Of a DNA stretch of 47,084 bases, positions 9,744-20,075 are shown in pieces. The position numbers and the translations under genes are program-made. Every line of letters starts with the position of its first letter. Within the stretch, counting starts at the first letter, position 1. This stretch comes from a virus (Duplodnaviria > Caudoviricetes): positions 1-47,084 of IMG/VR virus record IMGVR_UViG_3300032373_000021, one strand, 5' to 3'. The notes under the pieces are model-generated. The model searched no databases, was not told where the DNA came from, and worked only from the letters and a program-made list of their open reading frames with translations.

Positions 9744-10274
9744 TTAAGCCCTGACTAGCTTAGTGAAAGGTGACCCCGCCCCTGACACCGAAAAATCAGA
9801 CAGCAGCCTGTCAACGCGCGGGAAACGCCTCCCTGTAGGAGCAGCGTCCATATATTCTGTTTCTTCCTCGAATACGCCTTCGGTTTTCTCTCTGCGGCGT
9901 TTGATTGCCCCGCCTCGATCGGTAGGCAAGGAAGGATCTCCATTCACCAGTGTGTCGGCTGCAATCTCCATCAGGGCTCGTGTTAGCTCTCGGGGTAACT
10001 CATTGCCGCCGATAGTCCGCGTGCCATCTTGAACAATTACGCTCGTGCGCGGCCAAGCGAGAGAATGGGTAGATTTGGTTTTATACCCTTTCCACACATA
10101 AGCGGTATCGAGGTATTCGGTTGCCAGGCGGAGCGCTACTTCCTTTTTGGCGGTGTCCGTCTCAGCGGCCCACGCGCTATGCCCGAAGTTGGCAAAGCCG
10201 GGATCAGCCACATCGAGATACGAGTCAGCGCCTAGGACAACCGAACCGTCTTCTACAATCAATGCCATACCCAT
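9744..10274 (-). CDS. Head-tail connector (DnaT-like family of phage neck proteins)
   Basis: MALIVEDGS...ADSY, ATEYLD and LAWPR motifs. Confidence 0.8.
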   Translation of the reverse strand: MGMALIVEDGSVVLGADSYLDVADPGFANFGHSAWAAETDTAKKEVALRLATEYLDTAYVWKGYKTKSTHSLAWPRTSVIVQDGTRTIGGNELPRELTRALMEIAADTLVNGDPSLPTDRGGAIKRRREKTEGVFEEETEYMDAAPTGRRFPRVDRLLSDFSVSGAGSPFTKLVRA

Positions 10275-10295
10275 ACCTCTTTACCTTACGGATTG

Positions 10296-10316
10296 AAAAA
10301 GGCCCCGAAGGGCCTT
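10296..10316 (-). terminator. Intrinsic terminator
   Basis: Minus strand AAGGCCC-TTCG-GGGCC-TTTTT. Confidence 0.75.
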
Positions 10317-10489
10317 ACTTTGCTTCGCGGACCTTCGCGCTACCCACCGCCCTTTTTACGGGCTTCACTAAAGCTTCATACCGCGCTCGGTCAGCACAGT
10401 TGGGCTCGCCGTTTTCCAGCAGATCAACGTCAATGATCAAGCCTGTATGGAGATCGCGGAACTTGGACGTTTTCATTTTAGCCATGTCC

Positions 10490-10506
<17 letters not shown>
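10315..10506 (-). CDS. Small hypothetical virion-associated protein
   Basis: Fills the gap between head genes; probable start at MAKMK after a GGGAG-type RBS. Confidence 0.55.
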
Positions 10507-10831
<325 letters not shown>

Positions 10832-10853
10832 CTGTTTTCTCTGAATTGCTGTG

Positions 10854-10883
10854 AAAAAAGACCCGGAGCCGAAACCCCGGGTC
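10854..10883 (-). terminator. Intrinsic terminator after major capsid gene
   Basis: Minus strand GACCCGGGGT-TTCG-GCTCCGGGTC-TTTTTT. Confidence 0.85.
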
Positions 10884-10902
10884 GCCATTTCTTGGTTTTG
10901 GG

Positions 10903-12060
10903 TTAGCCTATGAGCAATGCAATGTGCTCTGGCTTGACCGCCGCTACTCCCCACGCAAGCGCAATCTCGTACTGGATCTGGCGGTATTGCGCGTAGAGGG
11001 ATACTTCGAACGACAAGCCCGACACCGGATCAGTAATAATCATTCGGTCAGAAGCACTGTCGCCCTGCTCCGGAAGGGCCGGGGCTCGTGTAGCCAGAGC
11101 GATAGAAGACCTAGCGAAGGCCATGCTCCGGGAAGACGACCCAACCACTGTAATGGCTGTCGCGGAAGCCGGGATGGCCGTACGCAGGCCCGGCGAAGCA
11201 ATAGTAATTGACCCGCCATCCGCTACGTTGGCATCCCCACTAGTTATGATATACTTTTCGCTGTCTCCAGCAAAGCTGACAATATCTCCGGCCATAACCG
11301 TGCCTGTACCGGCCAAGTTAGCAAGCGCAATAACAGTGGTGCCTACCGAATAACCAGCCGTGTCAGTTGTAGCGCCTGCGCCCGTACCTGCGGTGTGAGT
11401 TTTTACCTGCGCTGATTCGCGAAGCTTCATACCATGTATATCAAGCAAAAGCCCCTGACGCAGTAAGCTGTCATTTCCTGCCTCGCCCACCTTGGTAAGC
11501 TGACCCAATGTGCGCATATTGGCACCAGCTGCAGTGTCCATAACAAGATGCATATCGCTAGTCGGTGCGCCATTATCGACCAAAAGCTTCCGAACCTGAG
11601 AAGTTGCCGCAAGGTTGGTAGCAAAAGGCGTAGTGCCCGCCGTGCCATATGCGCGCGACGCCTTTACATGAAGTGCCGCGAGATCTGCCTCGACTTCGTT
11701 GACCAGAGTACGCATGCCTTGCGCCAATTGATCACGCAGGATCACGTTATACGACGCCCCGTTATTGTCGAGACCGCGTTTTTCCTCGCCGTTCCAACGA
11801 ATAGGAACGCGCCGCGATTTCGTGATTGTCATATCGGTACTGCCAATAGTCTGATCGCCATCGTCAGGAGGGTTTACCGCCGGGGCGATGTCTGAAGCTA
11901 CCGATGCCGGAGCAACAGGAGACGTTACGGTTTGGCCTTTGGCGGCACGCTCATATGTCATGTCCGCAGTAACCGCCGGGATGAAACCGACTAGCTCACG
12001 CGAAACCACGTTGAGCGCATTGTAGATTGTGGTCGTTAGACCAGTAAGGGTGTTAGCCAT
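10903..12060 (-). CDS. Major capsid protein (P22 coat-like family)
   Basis: 385 aa; MANTLT...ALNVVSRELVGFIPAV and AWGVAAVKPEHIALL; follows the scaffold gene. Confidence 0.9.
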   Translation of the reverse strand: MANTLTGLTTTIYNALNVVSRELVGFIPAVTADMTYERAAKGQTVTSPVAPASVASDIAPAVNPPDDGDQTIGSTDMTITKSRRVPIRWNGEEKRGLDNNGASYNVILRDQLAQGMRTLVNEVEADLAALHVKASRAYGTAGTTPFATNLAATSQVRKLLVDNGAPTSDMHLVMDTAAGANMRTLGQLTKVGEAGNDSLLRQGLLLDIHGMKLRESAQVKTHTAGTGAGATTDTAGYSVGTTVIALANLAGTGTVMAGDIVSFAGDSEKYIITSGDANVADGGSITIASPGLRTAIPASATAITVVGSSSRSMAFARSSIALATRAPALPEQGDSASDRMIITDPVSGLSFEVSLYAQYRQIQYEIALAWGVAAVKPEHIALLIG

Positions 12061-12069
12061 TGGATTTCC

Positions 12070-12870
12070 TTATCCTTCTGTGACATTCCCGCCGCCCTGC
12101 ATATAGACAGACCTGTCTTCGGGTTTCATTTGGTCAAAAGCCGTACGGGAGATTGATTTTCCGTCCCCACCACCGGCACCATTGTTATGTTTTCCGCCAC
12201 CACCGGCACCGGAACCCTTTAGAATGCTGTCTTTGTGCGAGTACGTTTCTACTAATATGCTGAGGACTTCCTCGAAATCGGCGGGAACCGTTGGGTTTTC
12301 GCGCGACTGAATTTTGCTTCCCGCGGCGTCATAACCGACGACATTGCCGTCCTCGATTTTGAAGTGCGAGCCGAAGTGAGACTGTGCCAAATCAGACGGT
12401 ATAACGAGCTTTTCGGCGATGAACTTTGAACGAGCAAACCTGCCGCCAATTTTTTCAGAGTATAATTCGCCTTCAAGCTTATCGCCCCGTCCTTTCTCGG
12501 CATCATACTTTTCGGTAGATGCTTTATTCATGGCTTCGATTTTTTCCTCATATGCTTTGCTGACTTGAGCCTTAACCTTTTCCACATCCCCGGCATCCAC
12601 CAGTTTTTTGTCGTCAAGGTTGCTGACCGTAGCCAAAGCAGCTACTGCCGCCTTTGGGTCTTCGATACCCTCAAAAAGCTTCAGGCTTGCCTCGGCGGTT
12701 TCCGCCCGCTGACGATTGGTTTTGGCCTCACTGTTCACGGCACTTATCCTGGCCACCATGCCGGGCACGTCCGTAGGAACTTCCTTGCCGTCGTCATGGA
12801 TGTAAACGGGCTTACCACCCTCAATTGCTGCGTAAGTTTTGCCTTCAATTTCGACTGTCTTGAGTTTCAT
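12070..12870 (-). CDS. Capsid scaffolding protein
   Basis: GKPVYIHDDGKE...NLDDKKLVDAG pattern, coiled-coil, Gly-rich tail, ISRTAFDQM C-terminus. Confidence 0.85.
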   Translation of the reverse strand: MKLKTVEIEGKTYAAIEGGKPVYIHDDGKEVPTDVPGMVARISAVNSEAKTNRQRAETAEASLKLFEGIEDPKAAVAALATVSNLDDKKLVDAGDVEKVKAQVSKAYEEKIEAMNKASTEKYDAEKGRGDKLEGELYSEKIGGRFARSKFIAEKLVIPSDLAQSHFGSHFKIEDGNVVGYDAAGSKIQSRENPTVPADFEEVLSILVETYSHKDSILKGSGAGGGGKHNNGAGGGDGKSISRTAFDQMKPEDRSVYMQGGGNVTEG

Positions 12871-12946
12871 CTTATTCCCTTTGGGCGTCCGCCCTATCGC
12901 AATGGAGCTCCGCTCCTGTCACCGCATGGCCTCTGGCACCACGGCA

Positions 12947-12976
12947 TAAAAAAAGGCCGCTGCTATCGCAACGACC
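12947..12976 (-). terminator. Intrinsic terminator
   Basis: Minus strand GGTCGTTGC-GATA-GCAGCGGCC-TTTTTTTT. Confidence 0.7.
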
Positions 12977-13001
12977 CGGTTAAAATTTACTGAAAGGTTT
13001 G

Positions 13002-13340
13002 TTAGACGCTTTTAAGCATCTGGTCTGGGCGTATAAGCACCCATCCTTGGCCCTTTTCGTATGTGGCTATCAATCCAACCTCGCCAAACAATCCGGAGCG
13101 CCCTCGTTGAAGACAGGCGGGGCAATACATTTTCTCAAAGTGCTTGCGCCCGGTCAGATCAATCCGATTCCCGTCAGTCCTTGGGGCCGGATATTTAATC
13201 ATCACTTCTTTGCAGGCGACAGGCTCGCCCGCGGCTTCACATATAGGGCACTCGTGCAAGACGTCATTCGCATTGCTTCGCTTCGGGGGACTTTTAGGCC
13301 TACCACCTCGTCCGCCATCTATGCTTTCCAATTTGACCAT
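13002..13340 (-). CDS. Hypothetical zinc-binding protein
   Basis: CPIC and CPAC pairs; fills the gap in the head operon. Confidence 0.65.
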   Translation of the reverse strand: MVKLESIDGGRGGRPKSPPKRSNANDVLHECPICEAAGEPVACKEVMIKYPAPRTDGNRIDLTGRKHFEKMYCPACLQRGRSGLFGEVGLIATYEKGQGWVLIRPDQMLKSV

Positions 13341-13364
13341 CTGGTATCAATAACAGAATTTGGC

Positions 13365-14444
13365 CTACGCCGCAAAATCCGATAACCCAGCTCGCTCAAA
13401 GGCGTCGGGAGCGCGCCGTTTAAGCTGATCCAGCGTCAATTCGTGACCGTTCCGCATTACAAACCTTTCAATCGGCAAGTCACCTTTGAGAAATAGTTTG
13501 GCTTTGGTTTTGCCCAGCACCTCCTCTACAACGGATGTGGGCTGGGATTTTAGCCATGTTCCGTAAGTAGTAGTCGCCGACACTTGCCCGTCTAAGCTAG
13601 CGCGCGTTCCAACCGGTGCCTCACTTAAGTCTATCCCTAGTTCTTTCCATGATTTTAGCACTGGTGTCACCGTTGACCTACAACCGCCATGCGCAGGCGG
13701 CCTCGGTCCGCTGTCTACTGGATAGACCTTGCCGTCTCTGGAGGCGCAAATTGCTGTAGTTCGGCTATCCAGTGTCGCGACCCATCGAACGCCTTTGATT
13801 ATGTCCTGATTCCCCTCGAACGTGGCTTGCCTCGCTTGCGTCGAGATGTGGTTCACTGAGGTTCGGACCAGAAATTCAGCGCCTCGGCGTGTCGCGTTTA
13901 AGATGCCGTCTTTGTATCCGTTCGCCCGCGTGCCCCTGATCCGGCGCACTATTTGCCCTATTGTTTCGCCCTCTGCAACGCCCAAGCGCAGATGTTGCGC
14001 TATCCGTGCCTTCGTATTTTTATCAAGCGCAGCAACCATTCCTTTCAAGAACCGACCTTCTAGAGGCCTTGTGTATACCGCCGCGCGCAGGGTTTGCAGA
14101 TTAACCCTATTGGTTTGAAACTTGATTGGTGCACCTTGAATTATACCGGCCAACACTTCATCGGATTCAAGTCTAACAAGTTCATCTACGATCTGGTAAA
14201 GCTCGCCGCGAAACTTGGACATTGCTGCTTTATTGATGTCCGCAACGTCCCCTAGTAGCCGTATCATTCTCCTAGAGGTTATCGGCCCGCCCGAGGGATC
14301 TCGTTTCATTATGGCTGTGAACAGATCTTCGTGGATCGCATCCAACAATGCTATTAGGCGTTTAACTTCACCCGCTTTGAAACGCTCCAAAACGATCTGA
14401 CGCCTCACCGTATGGTCGTGAAGCCTATCGTTGCTAGATTTCAT
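13365..14444 (-). CDS. Minor head morphogenesis protein (Mu gpF / SPP1 gp7 family)
   Basis: WVATLDSRTTAIC...DGKVY...PPAHGGCRS motif. Confidence 0.92.
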   Translation of the reverse strand: MKSSNDRLHDHTVRRQIVLERFKAGEVKRLIALLDAIHEDLFTAIMKRDPSGGPITSRRMIRLLGDVADINKAAMSKFRGELYQIVDELVRLESDEVLAGIIQGAPIKFQTNRVNLQTLRAAVYTRPLEGRFLKGMVAALDKNTKARIAQHLRLGVAEGETIGQIVRRIRGTRANGYKDGILNATRRGAEFLVRTSVNHISTQARQATFEGNQDIIKGVRWVATLDSRTTAICASRDGKVYPVDSGPRPPAHGGCRSTVTPVLKSWKELGIDLSEAPVGTRASLDGQVSATTTYGTWLKSQPTSVVEEVLGKTKAKLFLKGDLPIERFVMRNGHELTLDQLKRRAPDAFERAGLSDFAA

Positions 14445-15819
14445 TGGTAAGTATGTCGGCGGCGGCGTCTTCAGCCGACGCCACCTCTATTTTAGGGTCA
14501 ACCTCTTGGTCTAGGATGTTCCTGCGCATAGCCTCTTTGATCACGCGCTCTTTGCCAATAACACCCGCTAGATAGATGTCTTTCACTGCGCCGAAAGTCT
14601 CAACGCTGGTTTCGTTGCCAAAGTCGCTGTTGATGTTGACTTTGCCGTCCATCGCGACGTCGAGAAAATCGGCCAAATAGCCAAGAGCGGTCGTCATATC
14701 GTTAGCCAGGCGCAGTACCATGCGCTGAATAGGGCTTAGTTCTTTGGTTTCGTCATGTTGCTTGCTAACGCCCGATTCCGCGACCGGGGCTCTTACCAGG
14801 AGGCTTTTGGTTTTGCGCAATGCCGCCTCACGAATATCCAACAACTCTTGCCGCCCGGCCGCAATTGCCGCGCCGGAATGCTCAGCAAAAAAGAATTTTG
14901 CCGCAGGGTCTGACGAGTGCATGAATGTTTTAGGTGATATTTTTACATCCGCTCCCGCTCCTGGATTGAACCCGGTGGCGCAGAAAATAGGGAATCTAGC
15001 GACCTGCATGATATTGCGCTGATCCCCTTCCGAGGCCCAATGGGCACGGTTTAGATGAGCTACATGCATAAGGGGCGGCTTGACTTCTAGAGTTCCATTC
15101 TTTTTGCCCGCGTAAAAGATGCGGAACGGGACGTATGATAGGCTTGTCGTACCGCCTTCATTGTCGAGTTTCACCCAGTCACTTTTATTGCCAACTTTCT
15201 GCTCTTCCCAAATTTCGAACAATCCGGGCTCAAGCACCCTCACACGGTTAACAACTTTTTCGCCAAACTCGTCTTTAACCACCTTTTTCTCACGAAGCCG
15301 GACGTGTGTATACATTTCGGCCCCGTTCACAAACTCACTAATTGCAACAATAATATCGTCTGCCGCTATGTGAATTATATACGGGCGGTGTCCCGCTTCT
15401 AGCTCGTCTTTGCGGGTTGAACCTTCAGGCAGCTTTTGCGGGTGATCAGCCAAGATGCCGCAATAGCCATTGCTCAGGCCTTCTTCAAAGACATCAACTG
15501 CGATTTGGTGAACCGAGTTTCCGCAGCGATCGATGTTGCTTTCAAACTCTGAAATCTCAACCGGTACATCGTCGGACAATGTGACAGGCTTAGCGAATGG
15601 CTTGCCCACCAGAAATTCAAGGTTATCCGCAAATATTGGCTCAAGGATCGCGTTCCTTAAGCGAGCATCGTAGTCTTTTTGTTCTTCTGCCTCATACTTG
15701 GGCATGTACGTCTCGCCAGCGGCAACCATGGCATTGCGGCCAGCCGAAAGGTCAGCAATTAACTTTCGGTCCTCAGCTCCTGCCAAATAGCCCGCGCTTG
15801 GTGTGCTTACGTTAGCCAT
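14434..15819 (-). CDS. Portal protein (DUF4055-like)
   Basis: 461 aa after TerL; YMPK...E...YDARL, GILADHP and KPPLMHVAHLNRAHW motifs. Confidence 0.88.
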   Translation of the reverse strand: MANVSTPSAGYLAGAEDRKLIADLSAGRNAMVAAGETYMPKYEAEEQKDYDARLRNAILEPIFADNLEFLVGKPFAKPVTLSDDVPVEISEFESNIDRCGNSVHQIAVDVFEEGLSNGYCGILADHPQKLPEGSTRKDELEAGHRPYIIHIAADDIIVAISEFVNGAEMYTHVRLREKKVVKDEFGEKVVNRVRVLEPGLFEIWEEQKVGNKSDWVKLDNEGGTTSLSYVPFRIFYAGKKNGTLEVKPPLMHVAHLNRAHWASEGDQRNIMQVARFPIFCATGFNPGAGADVKISPKTFMHSSDPAAKFFFAEHSGAAIAAGRQELLDIREAALRKTKSLLVRAPVAESGVSKQHDETKELSPIQRMVLRLANDMTTALGYLADFLDVAMDGKVNINSDFGNETSVETFGAVKDIYLAGVIGKERVIKEAMRRNILDQEVDPKIEVASAEDAAADILTNEI

Positions 15820-15822
15820 AGA

Positions 15823-17172
15823 TTAAAACCTTATCTTGCCCATAGTAGAAGTCGGGCCGCCTGTTAGTTCGTTGAAGGCCCTTGAGGCGGCGTCCACTTG
15901 ATCGTCGTGACCGGGGCCGGGAAAGCTCTCCAATTCTTTGATAAATGCTTCATTCCAAGGCCCGCGAATGAGATACACATTCCCTGCTTCAACTTGCGCT
16001 GACAGCGGCATGGCGCGTGTTACTTTGTCCCCCGTTTCTGTAGAGGTGCGAACATCCAAGCCGGCAAGGTCTTTTGTGAAGTCATTCGCCACTATCTTTC
16101 CAGCTGAACCGGGGTCTTGTGGGATCGAAATACGCACGCCTAAGCCATCTACTCGCGATTGATTTATGATTTTACTCTTGGTCGATCCCGGGCTTTCTCT
16201 AAACCGCTCAACGTGGTCGATGTAATAGCAATTGTTTACTCGCGACATGCGCAGGCCGACGGTCCAGTCCGGATCCTCTTTGGCGGTTTTCTTTTCTGTT
16301 GCCGCTATATCCCAGCCTCGACAGCGTACTCCGCCGCTTGGGGCAGCATCGACCACTTTGAAATCGCTGCGCCTAAACACCATTCCAGCGTTTGCACGTA
16401 TCTTCCAGTTACCGTGTAACAACTGCTCGCGTGTCACTCGGTCCTGAGCGTTCAGGTTAGCCAGGTATCCCGGGTCCTTCTCCAAAAGGATTTTATTGTC
16501 GAATATACTCGAAGCAATGAAGGTGAACGACTTGATATCGGTTTTTGCGTTGTAGCCTTGATCCACCAACTCTTGAACAGACGCAGCCCAAGTCATGTCC
16601 TCGTCACGCTTGACTAGATACCTAATGACACCCGACCGTTCGGGGATGGCATATCCTGTATCCCAATTAATCCACCAAGATATCAAATCAGCAACAAAGC
16701 TGTCAGGGTCGGGGTTACAGGTGGCCCGCATATAAGGCTTCACGCCGGACGTTGAGCGGTTCCGCGTAAGCATGTAGAAAAACTGCTTCTTCGAAAAGTG
16801 CGTTAACTCATCCCAACCTATGAATGGTATCTGAGCGCCTTGATAAGCCTGCAGCGTCTTTTCATGCTCAAGGTGTGCGAATTTCAGCTTGGCGCCACTC
16901 TCAAACTTCCACAGTGACTTTGACTGAATGCCTCTCCCGCCAAGCATTGGGTATAATTTTTCGCTCTCATCCCACATTCCACCTTCGTTGTGGATCTGGG
17001 TCGATTGCCGCCTGAATATAGTACCGCCAAAAGACGGGTTGCCAATATGGCGCATGCCCTCAAACAAAAGCCCGAACGTCTTACCGCCGCCCGCTGATCC
17101 GCCGTACACGGCTATGTCTGCCGGCGTGGAAAGAAACATTTCCTGCGGGCCAGCCTGAGGCCTAATCTCCAT
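15823..17172 (-). CDS. terL: Terminase large subunit
   Basis: Walker A YGGSAGGGKT, Walker B FIGWDE, RATCNP coupling motif, nuclease GWDIA and HDDQVDA. Confidence 0.96.
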   Translation of the reverse strand: MEIRPQAGPQEMFLSTPADIAVYGGSAGGGKTFGLLFEGMRHIGNPSFGGTIFRRQSTQIHNEGGMWDESEKLYPMLGGRGIQSKSLWKFESGAKLKFAHLEHEKTLQAYQGAQIPFIGWDELTHFSKKQFFYMLTRNRSTSGVKPYMRATCNPDPDSFVADLISWWINWDTGYAIPERSGVIRYLVKRDEDMTWAASVQELVDQGYNAKTDIKSFTFIASSIFDNKILLEKDPGYLANLNAQDRVTREQLLHGNWKIRANAGMVFRRSDFKVVDAAPSGGVRCRGWDIAATEKKTAKEDPDWTVGLRMSRVNNCYYIDHVERFRESPGSTKSKIINQSRVDGLGVRISIPQDPGSAGKIVANDFTKDLAGLDVRTSTETGDKVTRAMPLSAQVEAGNVYLIRGPWNEAFIKELESFPGPGHDDQVDAASRAFNELTGGPTSTMGKIRF

Positions 17173-17695
17173 CTTCGGCTCTATCGTCGCGACCGTTATC
17201 CGGTAAGTAGCATAGCACTTGACCGACGTTAGTAATTGCCCCGGACTCAGTAGCTATTTCGTGTCTGGTGCTCCACCCGCGGCTTTTGCCTTTACGGTCC
17301 AAATAGTAGCGGACCATAGCGCCGTCGTTTTTGTTGATACCGTTTAGTACTTTGCTCTCTGCAACGTCTAACTGGTTTTCGCTGCCTAATATTTGAGCCG
17401 TTTTGAGGCGTACAGATTTGGAAATCGCGCGCGAGAGTGTTTCCCGGGCGATCCCGATTTTGCCAGCCGCAGCTAACACGATTCCCCCGCACGACCGTAT
17501 GGCACCGTCCCGCTGCGCTTCTTTCAACGGCTTGTCAGTCTGCAGATAGGTTTTCAATAAGATCGGCTTGATACCAGCAGACCGAGCCGCTTTGTCTGGA
17601 TTGCCACCAAAGGCCACAAGCTCGTCGTCCAATATCTCACGCAGGTTTTCTGGTAGGTCCGCGACACTCTGCGGCCATTTCTGCTTGTCGGTCAT
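17162..17695 (-). CDS. Probable terminase small subunit
   Basis: HTH-like segments; YLDRKGKSRGW and LPDNGRD C-terminus; overlaps the terL start. Confidence 0.75.
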   Translation of the reverse strand: MTDKQKWPQSVADLPENLREILDDELVAFGGNPDKAARSAGIKPILLKTYLQTDKPLKEAQRDGAIRSCGGIVLAAAGKIGIARETLSRAISKSVRLKTAQILGSENQLDVAESKVLNGINKNDGAMVRYYLDRKGKSRGWSTRHEIATESGAITNVGQVLCYLPDNGRDDRAEDGD

Positions 17696-18623
17696 TCGAA
17701 ACTCTCTGTTCTGCCGGTACCAATTTCATCCCGTAATTGTTGACTTCTGGGCCATTCATCATCCCTTTCTTGCGGATAAGCGGCTGTTTGAAGCCCAAAT
17801 AATCTACATGGTGATGAACCCGGCCATACTTGCGAACAACTCTGGAAACATCGGGATGCACTCTGGCCTGCATTAATGACTTTGCGATCGTGCCGGTGTC
17901 GGCATAGATCGCGCCTTTTTTCACGCTTCCTTCTTTGTGGTAAAATTCTTCGGTATTGCCACCCTTGAGCTTCTGGGTGCCAAGCTTGCCTTGCAGGAAG
18001 GCGTTAAACTGTATAGTGCACCACCCGGCCTTGAGCATATCGAGACTTAGTATCGTGTCCTCGTTGTATCGGCCCCGCCACCGAAACGGCAGGTCGTTCC
18101 TGATAAAATTGCAAGAGTAGATACGGGTGTTGGTGACATAGGGCGGCATTTTTATCCGGTCGGGTGCGAACATTGAATAGTTCGGGCCAGCCATTGCCAC
18201 ATTTTCATAGCGTAAACAGAAATCTTCCATTGCCCGCCAGAACGATGCGGTTTTGAGCACTATCCGTTTGTTTCGGTTGAGCCGCCTGAACTTCCGAATG
18301 TTATCGTCGAGAACCCAGTGCCACGCATGCCCGTTCTGGACTGAGTGATCCCAAGCAAAGTTTCTTGCCGGACCTGGTCCTGTGCTTTTTGTTAAGCCGT
18401 GTTCGTCGCAGAGTTCATATTGGCTCTTATAGCCCATATCCAAGACAAACACCGTAGCCAGCAGGCCGTGAGCCGTAACCGCCGCCCCGTATTGCTCGGC
18501 CTCATCCGGCTCGACTATGATGTGATGCCTAACGCCGATCTTGGTCAGCGCTTTGCTGGTCATCATGTATTCGCTTCGGCCTTTTGAAACGATATACAGC
18601 GGGAACTGAGGCTGGCTACTCAT
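17637..18623 (-). CDS. GT-A fold glycosyltransferase, TET-associated/GREB1-like phage family
   Basis: PLYIVSKGR, GPARNFAWD, HWVLDDNI, IYSC and WRGRYNEDT motifs. Confidence 0.75.
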   Translation of the reverse strand: MSSQPQFPLYIVSKGRSEYMMTSKALTKIGVRHHIIVEPDEAEQYGAAVTAHGLLATVFVLDMGYKSQYELCDEHGLTKSTGPGPARNFAWDHSVQNGHAWHWVLDDNIRKFRRLNRNKRIVLKTASFWRAMEDFCLRYENVAMAGPNYSMFAPDRIKMPPYVTNTRIYSCNFIRNDLPFRWRGRYNEDTILSLDMLKAGWCTIQFNAFLQGKLGTQKLKGGNTEEFYHKEGSVKKGAIYADTGTIAKSLMQARVHPDVSRVVRKYGRVHHHVDYLGFKQPLIRKKGMMNGPEVNNYGMKLVPAEQRVSNDRQAEMAAECRGPTRKPA

Positions 18624-19242
18624 AACACTCGCTGGCGAGGTCGCGCTTTGCCAGAAACGGAAACCATATCGACTTGGTTTTATTGGTGTGTTTTTGATCC
18701 ACTAGAGCAAAGAAGGCCTCGACATCTGCTTTAGACAAAAAGCTCACTATGACTTGCCTGTGTACCGTCGTGTCCTGAACGAATTCCGGCATACCCTGCC
18801 ATTCTTCGTCGGCACTTCCGGCTTGATCCAGTTCGCCTATTAGCGAGCCTAGTTCCAATTCCGAAAACCCCAACATGTCGAGTTCCGGTAGCTCAAGGCT
18901 TATGTCGGTGAGCTCGATCCTCAGTAGATCAAAGTCCCATGCGCTGCCTTCAGCAATCTTATTGTCGGCAATTCGTAGCGCGCGCTTCTGAGCGTCACTT
19001 AAACCCCTCAAGGCAATACAGGGTACTTTATACAGCTTTAGCCGCTGTGAAGCCCGTACACGCCCGTGGCCCGCTATGATTTCGTTGTTTTCGTCTATCA
19101 ATATCGGGTTGGTAAAACCAAACTCGGTTATTGAAGCGGCGATTTTGCCAATCTGCTTATCGGAGTGCGTGCGCGCATTGTTGGCGTATTCCACCAACTG
19201 ACTGACGGGCACGAGACGCACTTTATGTGTCGACTCTGTCAT
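18616..19242 (-). CDS. ParB/Srx N-terminal domain protein of the terminase-associated type
   Basis: YANNARTHS...SITEFGFTNPILID...IIAGHGR...ALRIADNK; C-terminal EWQGMPEF motif; no methylase domain. Confidence 0.88.
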   Translation of the reverse strand: MTESTHKVRLVPVSQLVEYANNARTHSDKQIGKIAASITEFGFTNPILIDENNEIIAGHGRVRASQRLKLYKVPCIALRGLSDAQKRALRIADNKIAEGSAWDFDLLRIELTDISLELPELDMLGFSELELGSLIGELDQAGSADEEWQGMPEFVQDTTVHRQVIVSFLSKADVEAFFALVDQKHTNKTKSIWFPFLAKRDLASECYE

Positions 19243-19415
19243 TGGATACCTGTTACGGATAACCCGCCTAGTGGCTAGGTGCGGGATGGGCCAACGTAGG
19301 CCGCGTTTGTCCGTGAGGGTTACCGCCCTCGGTTCGGGGTGTTCAAGCACCCCTGCCCCCGCTAGCCGGTCAGGCTAAACGAGGGTAATTCCTTGAAAAA
19401 TATAGATATTTAGGC

Positions 19416-19450
19416 AAAATAAAACCCCGCGCAACGCTGGTTGCCGGGGC
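19416..19450 (-). terminator. tR'-like terminator just downstream of the late promoter
   Basis: Minus strand GCCCCGGCAAC-CAGC-GTTGCGCGGGG-TTTTATTTT. Confidence 0.75.
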
Positions 19451-19487
19451 TGGGGTGCACTTCATCACCATGAATATTTATGAAGCT

Positions 19488-19516
19488 AATATCCGGCACT
19501 TCCGGACAAACGTCAA
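19488..19516 (-). promoter_or_regulatory. Late promoter (pR'-like) with a palindrome in the spacer
   Basis: TTGACG-17 bp-GATATT; TCCGG-N5-CCGGA inverted repeat at 19492-19506. Confidence 0.7.
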
Positions 19517-19523
19517 TATTTTT

Positions 19524-20066
19524 TTAAGATCTTCCTCCTGGAACAACGTATGAAGACTGATTTTGAGGCGCTCTAGCATGTGCCTCAGATCTCAATTCTT
19601 TCCTATGCGTTTCATCTTCAGCTAGATCTTTTTCCATTTCAAGAACGATAAAATTCAATTCAATGTCAACGGTATGCAGCTTGCAGATAACTAGTTCAAG
19701 TTCCTCTTGAGAAAGAGCGCCCAGCCCCTCTTCACGCATTTTTCTTGGCAGATCATCCTTGAGTTTATTGATGGAATTTAGTCTCGCGTCATGCTTGGTA
19801 TTCCAGGCCACCAAACCTCCCGATCCCGATCGTCCCCTGGCCCTTGCCATGCCATGCCGAGATTTTGTTACGTCAGGATGGGTGTGTATAGCTTTGTCGA
19901 AATTGAAACTAACGCGGTCTCTTAGCTTGCGAACTTCGATCCTTAAATCCAGTTTTTTGATACTAGCCGCTTTTCGATAGCCTAAAATTCCTGAAACGGC
20001 TCCAACAGAACCAGTCACAACCGCGACCCAAATTCCTATATCTTGTACCCAATTTGTACTTTCCAA
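19524..20066 (-). CDS. Membrane-anchored hypothetical protein (moron-like)
   Basis: N-terminal TM helix then coiled-coil; GGAGG RBS with TTG start. Confidence 0.7.
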   Translation of the reverse strand: MESTNWVQDIGIWVAVVTGSVGAVSGILGYRKAASIKKLDLRIEVRKLRDRVSFNFDKAIHTHPDVTKSRHGMARARGRSGSGGLVAWNTKHDARLNSINKLKDDLPRKMREEGLGALSQEELELVICKLHTVDIELNFIVLEMEKDLAEDETHRKELRSEAHARAPQNQSSYVVPGGRS

Positions 20067-20075
20067 GTTTGCCTC

